A DNA stretch of 64,000 nucleotides from the NCBI GenBank assembly GCA_905178155.1, contig CAJINV010000012.1, positions 2,268,131 to 2,332,130 on the forward strand. The letters are read 5' to 3'. Of the stretch, positions 49,303-60,278 are shown one piece after another (the first letter of the stretch is position 1; every line of letters starts with the position of its first letter). The position numbers were made by a program, and so were the translations under genes. The stretch comes from Amoebophrya sp. A120 (taxonomy: Eukaryota > Protista > Dinoflagellata). The notes under the pieces are model-generated. The model saw nothing but the letters and a program-made list of their open reading frames with translations. It was not told where the DNA came from and did not search any database.

Positions 49303-50478
49303 AAATCTTTCTTTGCCTACGGTCCCCGATTTTTATTGTGAATAGTTTTGGAATCTAAGTAAAATTTTGCGGCTTTTCTTGTTACCCTTTGAATCAAGTT
49401 GTACTTCTGCATATGTGATAAAGGATTAAAAAGTCTGTCTGTAGTACTTCCCTTTGCTTGTAAAATTGAACATACATAAAGGTACGAGGAGCTTCACAGA
49501 GCTTCTCCATCGTGATTACAATTTGTACTAAAATTTGAAATTATCGTAAATAGAAACGCATTCATCTTGTAGGAGTCTACTTTGCATTCCTCCTTGCTTA
49601 CACTCACAGGGAGCTTGAAGGAAGCAAGAGACTTACAGATGACCCAAGTAATATTTGTTGAAAACGAGGATTGATGATGTGAAGTTGAAGTTCTTCTCTT
49701 CTAGTTGTCCTTAGAGAGCGTGACAATTTTAGATTTCTGAAACCGGTGTTTATTTAGGAGTTTTTGTCTACTGCCATCACACAACGACGACATCAACTGA
49801 GCTGCAAGGTCGACGTCAACAAGAAGATTTCCCACCAACTAGAAGGATTTTTTCTTGAGCCAACGATCTCCAGGCAAGACAGTTTTAGTGTCGCAGGTGG
49901 AAGGCATAGGAGCAGATCACGTTTTAGGCTTACTCTGCAAGATTGTTTTTGCTAGTATCATGCAATTAAATCTGAAACTTGTTTACTAGGCTTATCGTCA
50001 ACATAGGCTCTGATTACAGAAATCGGAAAATTCATAGTAGTGATGAAGCAGAGTAGACATTTTCTGCCTCAACAAGAAAGCTACCGTGTGTCGAGGTGTC
50101 AGAAACTTTTTTTTCCGAAAGAACCGTCCCATTTCGTCGTGATATTTTGAGTTTCGTGATGCGTGGACGGTTCCCCTTTCCTGCTCGGCTCCAGACATCG
50201 TCGTTTTGGAGCGCTTTTCGACGTCATAATTCTCCAGTTCCTGCTCTGACACATCATCTGCTTTTCGTTCTCTCGGTCGTAAACCGATTTTTATACTTGT
50301 TGTTCTAGAAGAATTCAAAACCGTCGAAAGGAAAACTCGAACCAAATTCCAAAATAAGTATCTGAACTTCAACCTCCGAACGAGATGAAAATTAAGAAAC
50401 GTGATTCTTGTCGTAACATTTTTCTTGTAGATAACACAATTTCACGATGTTCCTACTTCATTTCTCGTGCTTTCTCCC

Positions 50479-53400
50479 TTAACCACAGAGGGACTGGGCC
50501 ACGAGCGCGATCGGCATAGCCAGCAAGGTATGAATTGCAAAGGCGTCGCACAAGTAGTAATTGCAATACAAATTCGCGCAGCATGACAAATGGAATCTGT
50601 AATGCTAATTGACCTTGGGAGCGAGCAGATTTGTAATGCATGGCTGCAATTACTACGAGTATGATACTTTTGCAGTGGATACAAGGCAATCGGAGTGAAG
50701 ATCATCATCGGGATGCAGTGCAGCTCGCCCTTCCTGACCGCGGGACCGTCCGCCTTCGCGGCCGGCTTGGCCGCGGCCGCACCACCGGCGGTGGCGGCCG
50801 CCGCCTTCGGCTTACCGTCATCCAGCACCCCGATCACCGCGTCCGGGGCGTACTTTCCAATCACATCCGGGGGGTGGATCATGTTAAACTCCTCGGTTGC
50901 GTCCTTACCCGCGAAGGTCAGGATCGCCAGCGCACCACCGGGGTGGTCCGGGAGAAACTTGGTCACATCCAGGACCTGGCCGTTCACCACGACCCAGCAG
51001 TCTGTTTTTAGTTGTTTTGATCATTTTGTAAGTATGTCGTCAGCGATCTCGTCAATATATTGTGGTCCAGCAACATCATGCTCATGCACTTGCACGGCGG
51101 ATTCCGCAACAAAAATTTAAGTTTAACTCGTGGTGTGCATCTTCGATTTACATTGCAGAGTTTGTACCACGAAGCAAACAATCTATCACTATCATGCATG
51201 AAAATCGATGTTATATATTACCCTGCTCCGTAGTGTGCTTGGCGACTTCCGCCAGGGTGTAGCCACCGCTTCCCGCACCCGCGGCCGCCGGAGCACCCTT
51301 GTTCGGCTCGTCCTCGTAAGAACCACCGGACAGGGCGGACTTCTCGGTACCGCCGCCGGAGATACCGCCACCAGAAAGCTCGCGCAACGAGGTAGCCTTC
51401 AACGACGAACCGAGCATATACTGGGCGCAGCTGTTGTTGAGGTGGTTTTTGATTCAGGATCTTTCTTGATCTTGTCATGCTAAACAGAAGTGCGGCACAC
51501 TTTGCCTCCCCCTTTGTAAACGGCCGCAGATGGCTGTCACGCAGGGAATGTAGGTCAGGCGATCGTTGCACTAAAGAGCGAAAGCGTCATGTCAATCATG
51601 CATGAGAAACATCAAAAAATATGCTCTAAAAGTATACGCCTTTCCCGCGACGCGACCGTAGACCACGCAGTCCAGCAACGAGTTGCCGCCCAACCGGTTG
51701 TTTCCGTGGACGCCACCCATCACCTCACCCGCCGCGTACAGACCCGGAATGACTTTTCCGCCCGCGCCAACCACCTCGGAGCTGGTGGTGATTTCCAAAC
51801 CGCCCATGCAGTAGTGGATAATCGGGGTGATGATCGCGACGTAAAACGGCTCGGAGGCGAACTGGGAGCCCGGGATGATGTTGTGGAAGAACTTCTTTCC
51901 CGACCCGGTCTTGCCGGACGGCTCGTCCCAGGTCTTGCCGCTGGGGTAGGCCGGGAACGGGCCACCATCCGGATCCTTCTCCATCTTCATCGCAGCCTGG
52001 TAGTGGGCCTCGTGGGCGGCAGCCATGCGCTCCACCGGAACACCGAGGTCCTTTGCGAGAGCGGCACCAGACTCGTAGAACTTCATCACGCCACGCCCGG
52101 TGTAGTGCTTGCAGTGCCAGATGATTTCTTCGGAGGCAGCCTGAGGTTTTAGGTGGAGGTGGTTATGATGTTGACTACGCTTGTTTTTTTGGAGAGAGAT
52201 GTTCAAGCGTGATGGCATTTTTCTGACTGTTACTGGAGAGGCACTGATCATGCATGCCCGCAAATTGCACATAAAATGTATTTACAGTTTTACCTTGTTC
52301 AAGCACAGACGGAAGGGTCCCTTGTTCTTCCACATCTCCCCGGTGACGTAGTCGCGGCGACCCAACTCGTTGGCGAACCGGTTGCCATCGGCATCGAAGA
52401 TCAAACCACCGACACCGCGCAGCGCCTCGGCGGCCAAAAACTTCACCTTCGCATCGGGGTCCTTGGGGTTCACCAAACCGGTCGGGTGGACCTGCACCCA
52501 CTCCAGATCGATGGTCCGCGCACCAATGGCTTCACCCATCTTGATACCGTCACCTGCGGATTTGATGGTATTGTTTTCATTCTACTGTGATGAGCAGTAG
52601 ATGAACACGACCCATCTTCAAAAATAACGATCATCATTCTCTTAAGGTTGTACAGCAGACGAGCTGGAAATTTAAACTACCGGTGCAGTGCTCGCCATTC
52701 GAGGTGGGCAAGTGCATCAAGTCCGGGCGGTACTTGGCTAGCAGAGAGTCCTGGGAAAAGTCGGCGCCGAACCCGCCAGTGGCGATGATGACCGGTCCCA
52801 TTTCCTTCAGCATGGAGCCACCCTTTTCGTAGTTGACCCCGACGACCTTGCCTCCCTGGAAGATCAAGCTGGTGGCCTTCGCCTTGGTGACGACCTTTGC
52901 CACGGACCCGTTGGTCTTCTCGGCGATCTTCTCCACCATCTGGATCAAGGCGTAGGTGATGGTCATACCCGGGAAGCGCTCCTTACCACGGTGGGTACGC
53001 GGGGCGGAGTGACCACCCAGACGGGCGACCAGAGAGAGGTCCAGACCGAACACGTCCATCAACCAGTCGCAATCCGGACCAGAATTTTCGGCGAGGACCT
53101 TTTTTTGTATTGCAGAATTTTGCATGATGCGTTGTCGTAGCTGTTCTGTAAAAGTTCAAGTTTGGAATGCATATGACTAATGAGAGCTCAAAGTTGTATT
53201 GCAAAAGTCACATATTATACCTTGACCAACTCCGGCTTCTTCGCACCACCCTTCAAGCAATCGTTGGTAAACAGCTCCACGGAATCCTCAATTCCATTGG
53301 CGCGTTGGGTCTGTAGTGGTATTGGTAAGTGGTTTAGGCATGACAGACTTGATCCATCATCTTGGTTTCACATCTTAAATTGCAAGCGTAAGCTTGCAGT

Positions 53401-53624
53401 TTGAATGAGACATGCAAATTCCCGAACAAAATCCAAGTGAATAAATCCCAAGTGTGTTGTATTAATACCTTGGTGTTAGCCCCGTTGATTCCACTGGTGG
53501 CCTTGGTCGAGTTACCACCGCAGAACGCGGACTTGTCCAGCAGCACAACCTTGCCGCCGTTTTCCATAACGGTATTGGCCGCAGCCATACCGGACAAACC
53601 ACCTCCGAGAACGATAGCAGTCAT
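50479..53624 (-). CDS. osm1: Osm1-type fumarate reductase flavoprotein fused to cytochrome b5, with a hydrophobic C-tail (copy 1)
   Basis: [45 protein letters not shown] and [13 protein letters not shown]; b5 motifs HPGG and FNMIH. Six GT-AG introns plus one introner. Confidence 0.88.
50529..50681. mobile_element. Introner family H
   Basis: Family H TIR; TSD CAAGG. Confidence 0.88.
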
Positions 53625-55617
53625 TTTCGGTTGTTACGTTTTCAGAAAAAACGCAAAAAAAAAAGACGAGAGTTTCTTTGTGGAACTCAAAAAGCTTAGA
53701 AACACAACTAAAGAGATTTCGATTTTGTACGTTGATTGGTTTTTTTGCAAGAGGTCTATGCGATCTCTTAGGGTTGTTGAAAAGTTTTTGACAAGTCCTC
53801 TGGTATGTACACTTACATACACAGCAAGACGTTACTTAGTTGTGATTGATTTATTTCGGGTAACTTTGTTTACAAGTAGAGCAGCACTTTTGCTCGTTAC
53901 TTCGGTCAAAGTGCAACAAGAGGTGGAAAACAGAATAACACAGTGTGTTGAGTTTAAGGTTTGGTATTCAAAAGCTCGGTATACTTACCAAGGGTAGCAC
54001 AAGGTTACTTCTTGTAGTTTGGAGGTAGTTGCTTTTGTTTTGGTTTTTGCAAACACAATTGGAATGATTTCTCCTTTCACTTTTTTTTGTCGCTACGAGT
54101 ACGAAAATCACGACCCGGAGCACTAAAACGCTGAGGATGAAATCAATCCTTATAAACTTCTTCTCAGTAAACTTACTTTTGGGTTTTCCCGTTGGGCGAG
54201 AAGAGGTGTTGTGGTGATTTTTCCGCTTTTATTTTTTCTCCCTGTAGTTGCATAAGCAAGAACCAACAAACGAATAAATTCATTCACTTATGTTTCGGGC
54301 ATGAAAGTAGAGACAAAACAAAATAGAAAAGATGAATTTCGTTGTGCGTCCACATTACCAATCTTCGTAAAAAAATGCACTCCCTCTCCCTCTCTCTCAC
54401 GAAATGCAGATACAGATGTTGTAGTCGAGTCCCAAGACTCTCTCGATGCAACAAATAAAACACCAAACCGAGTATTTGCGAGCATATTGACGTTGTTTGT
54501 TTCGGAGGAACACTCGCAAAAAAAAGCCACCAAATTTCTTGCACAAAGCCTATCTGAAACTTACGATTTTTGTCGAGTGGGGAAGTAGATCCAGATGTGA
54601 ATCATCCTTCGAAGATGCCACTGCATCTAAACATACTTTACTAGCAAGTAGCAGCTACAATCTTTTCCTTATTTATAAAAGTTTTTCTCCCAGGAGTAGA
54701 ATAGGCGAAGATGAAGCTAGACTCTTACTAGTCGGACACTGTTAGAAGTATCTGAAGACTTCTTCTGCCACTGACTCTTCTATATACTTATTATCGGGTA
54801 AATTCTTTGGTATAGAGGACTAATTTCTTCTAAACACAGTATCTACTTATGATACTTCTTGTTTTGCTGAACGAGAATGTCTGCTTCTCAATCTTGACTA
54901 GCACTTGACGAAAATATTAAAATGACAATAATTGCCTGCACAACGTGCTAGAAGTGGAGTCTGTCTAGTAGTAATGGTAATGAATCTGAGTAACTTTATG
55001 TTTATCTGTCCTCACCGCAGTACTTAATAAAAGCTCCTTGTGCTTTTTTCGTAGTTCTCGGAATAGATACTTTTGGACACTCACACGACGGCTAGAAGAA
55101 AATCTGAAAATTTCAACAGAAGTAGGCCACGCAAAAATGCGGACCTTTTTCTCGTCGTCCATTGTGTTATTCTACAGGTTCTCCTGCATGATCCTCCTCG
55201 TCGTTCTTGTTCACTCTCCGATGGAGAGATGAACATCAGAACTCTAGTAACAGTTAAGAAAGAAATAGAAACATTCGACTTCAAAACCCAAAACAAACGA
55301 GATTGATGGTAATTAAAATGGAAATCTTAATTTCCACTGTGGAAAATAAAGTGTATATTACAGGTTGAATTTTTCGCCGGTCGCATAGAAGTCAAAGATC
55401 GACTGTTCTCCGTTATTTGTAAGTACCCAGATTTCATCATCAGATACCTGGGGAGGAAAACGTAACATCCTACAGTCCGCCCGCATTTTTCCGAAAAGTT
55501 TGGATTTGTCAAAACTTGCTTTTCTTACTTCGAAGTTATGCACATGGCCATTGTTATTTCGTAATCTTTGTAGCAGAAAACCCATTCGTAAAAATTCTTT
55601 CACGACCTGTTCTTCGA

Positions 55618-58600
55618 TTACTTGTAGAACCCGTAGGGCTTGCAGCAGATCAACTCGACCATATTCGCGAGGGTAAGCGCCGCCAAGCCATTGGGCACCT
55701 TGCCGGGCTTTGCGGTCTCGGCCACAGCACCGGTGGTGGCAACCGCCGCTGTTGCCTTCTGCGCGGAGCCGGCCAAGGGACCCAATACCGCGTCCGGGGC
55801 GTACTTCTGGATCACGTCCGCCGGGTGGATCATGTTGAACTCCTCGGTTGCATCCTTTCCGGCGAAGGTCAGGATGGCCAGCGCGCCCCCGGGGTGGTCG
55901 GGGAGAAACTTGGTCACATCCAGCACCTGTCCGTTCACCACAACCCAGCAGTCGTCCTTGGTGGTGGGGTATCGACTGCAAAAATGTCTCAGTTTGGAAG
56001 CTTGTGATGCAGAACCGTGAATGAGACAAACACTTGCATTTCCAATCGCAGCATCCGAGCATGACAAGTGTTTTCCACGCTCGCTTATGCGTGGCAATAC
56101 GCATAATTTCAATTGCAAACAGAAGCTCCGCTGCTCTTGTCGGTCATGCAATACAACTTTTCATCCAGAACAAATGTAAGACACGCAATACAACAAGTTC
56201 ACGTGTTCCAGACTGGGAAAACATATTTGCATTCGATATGTGCTTCGCGACCTCTTCCAAGGTCAACTTGGAGTTACCCTCGGTCGGAGCGCCCGGGGCG
56301 TCCTCGTAGCTCCCACCGGACAGAGCAGACTTCTGGGTGCCGCCGCCCGCGATGCTATGCATTGCAAAAGTATCGTACTAGTGGTAGTGAGAATTGCGTC
56401 ACAAATTATTTTGTCAGCGTGATCATTTGCAGTGCAGCTCCTGCAGTCTGTAATGCTAATTTAGCCTAGAAAAAACATTTGCCATGCATGACTGCAATGA
56501 ATGAGTACAACGAGTACGATACTTTTTCACGGGATAAATGCCGCCGCCCGACAACTCCATCAGCGACGTCTTCTTCATGGCGGCGCCGAGCATGTACTGC
56601 GAGCACGCCTTGCCGGCCACGCGACCGTACACGACGCAGTCCAGCAACGAGTTGCCGCCCAACCGGTTGTTTCCGTGGACGCCGCCCATCACCTCGCCGG
56701 CCGCGTACAGACCCGGGATGACTTTTCCGCCCGCGCCAACCACCTCGGAGGACGTCGTGATTTCCAAACCGCCCATACCTGACATTTTTTTAAAAACATC
56801 TCGGACAGAAACTCCCGCTTCTTGGTGAAAGGATCTTCACAAGAATGATCTGAAGCTACTAGCGTCAGCGATTCACACAACAACTCAGTAGACCCCTGCA
56901 AAGCAAGAAACTACAGCTTATAGATTTATCAAAAAGATAAAACGAATACAGTAGTGGATGATCGGGGTGATGATCGCGACGTAAAACGGTTCGGAGGCGA
57001 ACTGCGAGCCCGGGATGATGTTGTGGAAGAACTTCTTCCCCGACCCGGTCTTGCCGGACGGCTCGTCCCAGGTCTTGCCGCTGGGGTAGGCCGGGAACGG
57101 GCCACCATCCGGGTCCTTCTCCATCTTCAACGCAGCCTGGTAGTGGGCCTCATGCGCGGCAGCCATGCGCTCCACCGGAACACCGAGGTCCTTCGCGAGA
57201 GCGGCACCAGATTCGTAGAACTTCATCACGCCACGCCCGGTGTAGTGCTTGCAGTGCCAGATGATTTCTTCGGAGGCAGCCTGAGGTTTTAGTTGGAGGT
57301 GGTTTTGATGTTTACTACGCTTGTGTTTTTGGAGAGAGGTGTTCAAGCGTGATGGCATTTTTCTGACTGTTAATGGAGAGGCACTGATCATGCATGCCCG
57401 CAAATTGCACATAAAATGTATTTACAGTTTTACCTTGTTCAAGCACAGACGGAAGGGTCCCTTGTTCTTCCACATCTCTCCGGTGACGTAGTCGCGGCGA
57501 CCCAACTCGTTGGCGAACCGGTTGCCATCTGCATCGAAGATCAAACCACCGACACCACGCAGCGCCTCGGCGGCCAAGAACTTCACCTTCGCATCCGGAT
57601 CCTTGGGGTTCACCAAACCGGTCGGGTGGACCTGCACCCACTCCAGATCGATGGTCCGCGCACCAATGGCTTCACCCATCTTGATACCGTCACCTGCGGA
57701 TTTGATGGTTTTGTTTTTATTCTACTAGGATGAGCAGTAGATGAACACCCATCTTCAAAAATAACGATCATCATTCTCTTAAGGTTGTACAGCAGACGAG
57801 CTAGAAATCTAAACTACCGGTGCAGTGCTCGCCATTCGAGGTGGGCAAGTGCATCAAGTCCGGGCGGTACTTGGCCAGCAGAGAGTCCTGGGAAAAGTCG
57901 GCGCCGAACCCGCCGGTGGCGATGATGACCGGTCCCATTTCCTTCAGCATGGAGCCACCCTTTTCGTAGTTGACGCCGATCACTTTTCCTCCCTGGAAGA
58001 TCAGGCTCGTGGCCTTGGCCTTGGTGACGACCTTCGCCACCGAACCGTTGGTCTTCTCCGCGATCTTTTCCACCATCTGGATCAAGGCGTAGGTGATGGT
58101 CATACCCGGGAAGCGCTCCTTACCACGGTGGGTACGCGGGGCGGAGTGACCACCCAGACGGGCGACCAGAGAGAGGTCCAGACCGAACACGTCCATCAAC
58201 CAGTCGCAATCCGGACCAGAATTTTCGGCGAGGACCTTTTTTTGTATTGCAGAATTTTGCATGATGCGTTGTCGTAGCTGTTCTGTAAAAGTTCAAGTTT
58301 GGAATGCATATGACTAATGAGAGCTCAAAGTTGTATTGCAAAAGTCACATATTATACCTTGACCAACTCCGGCTTCTTCGCACCACCCTTCAAGCAATCG
58401 TTGGTAAACAGCTCCACGGAATCCTCAATTCCATTGGCGCGTTGGGTCTGTAGTGGTATTGGTAAGTGGTTTAGGCATGACAGACTTGATCCATCATCTT
58501 GGTTTCACATCTTAAATTGCAAGCGTAAGCTTGCAGTTTGAATGAGACATGCAAATTCCCGAACAAAATCCAAGTGAATAAATCCCAAGTGTGTTGTATT

Positions 58601-58761
58601 AATACCTTGGTGTTAGCCCCGTTGATTCCACTGGTGGCCTTGGTCGAGTTACCACCGCAGAACGCGGACTTGTCCAGCAGCACAACCTTGCCGCCGTTTT
58701 CCATAACGGTATTGGCCGCAGCCATACCGGACAAACCACCACCGAGCACGATAGCAGTCAT
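55618..58761 (-). CDS. osm1: Osm1-type fumarate reductase flavoprotein fused to cytochrome b5 (copy 2, tandem paralog)
   Basis: Same motifs as copy 1, with start codons 5137 bp apart. Five GT-AG introns plus two introners. Confidence 0.88.
55970..56238. mobile_element. Introner family A (diverged)
   Basis: TATCGACTGCAAAAATGTCTCAGTTTGGAA / TTCCAGACTGGGAAAACATATTTGCATTCGATA; TSD TGGGG/TGTGC; restores EVAKHT|TKDDCW. Confidence 0.88.
56356..56536. mobile_element. Introner family H
   Basis: Family H TIR; TSD GATGC/AATGC; the equivalent site in the paralog (~51361) is empty. Confidence 0.9.
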
Positions 58762-60278
58762 TTTCGATTGTGGTTGTTACGTTTTTACAAAAAACGCAAA
58801 AAACGAGGGGAGACTCTTTGCGGAATTCAAACTAAAACTGTTTTCTTGATTTCAAAAATTTTGGGGGGAGCAGGCAGAGGTCTATGCGATCTCTGTCACC
58901 ACCAGGGAGAGAACGAGAGTTGTAACTTTATTTTGACGGGGAGGTATGTACACTTACATACACAGCGAGACGTCTAGATAGTTATGGTTGAGTTTTTCTA
59001 CCGCGGGTGAAAATTTGATTTTTTTACAAGATGAGCACTTTTGTTGGTACTTCGGTCAAAGTGCAATAGGAGGAAAACAGGATACAACACAGAGTGTAGT
59101 CTATGTGAGCTTTGTGGCACTATCAGGCTCGGTATACTTACCAAGGGTAGCACAAGGTTACTTCTTGTTTCAAGGTAGTTCCTTCTACTTTATGCAAACA
59201 CGGGTGAAATGATTTTATCCCTTCCTTTTGATTGACGCTACGAGTCAGCACGACCCAGTGGACAAGAAAGTTGAGAATGATGTTGAGGAAAATCAGTTTT
59301 TATAAACTTCGTCTCAGTAAACTTACTTTTGATTTTTCTCGACGTTGGGGTTTATAGATTTCCGCTTAATATCTCCCTGCAGCGATTCAGACCGTTGAAA
59401 ATGAAAACAACTTCATGGCGTCAGGAAAAATTATATCGTGCATGTACCGAGGATGGTGGAAGCGAACATCAAAATTGCAATACAAAAAACGAGCTGTAGT
59501 GTGCGTGTCTCGACGTATTAACGGGCCTTTTCGCAATCGCATATTCCCTCCTTCTACAACTATTCTTTTTCTTTCTCTCCCGAAATGCAGGTCGCAATAA
59601 TGAAGCGTTACTCTCTTTCAGTGCAGAAAAAAAAACCGAGTAGATCACCTGCCGTGAGGTCATTCGCGACGTTTTTTGTGTCGTCAAATTCGAATCGAGA
59701 GAACAGGAACACTCAGTGGTCACCTCTTTATTAGCTACTACTCGTACCACTTTCTAAATATCCTACCTGCGCCTGACGTCAAAAACGGGCCCGGGGTGAT
59801 TGAATTATTTCTCTCTACTCTTACTCTTCTCGAGCCAACAAGTTTCGTACTATACTTTCGAATTGTTTTGTTCCTCTAGTAGAGGTCTTCAACGGGAGGC
59901 GACGAGGAGATGACAAATTTGTACAATTTCAAACAACTCATAGGTGCGATAGTACCTCCATCTTACGCCCACATATTTCGAGCAGGAGGCGCGACAAGCT
60001 CAGAATCATACAGAGGTAAAAGTTTTTCAGGAGCAGAGCTGTTCTCCACGTCCACCTCGACGCTGAGGTAGAAATAGAATCATTTTTATTACAGTCCAAA
60101 ACATACAAACTTCTCCTATTGCATTTCTGTTCTGCTCTTGCTGTCAGAGTCAGCAAGATGAAGCATTTTATATCGGTTGTATCTTTGGTGAAGCTAGCAA
60201 GTAGAGGTTGATGTAGCAGGTACACCAGGTAGCTCAATTTCTACAACCACGCAGCTCTTCCTCAGACAAATTCCTTCC

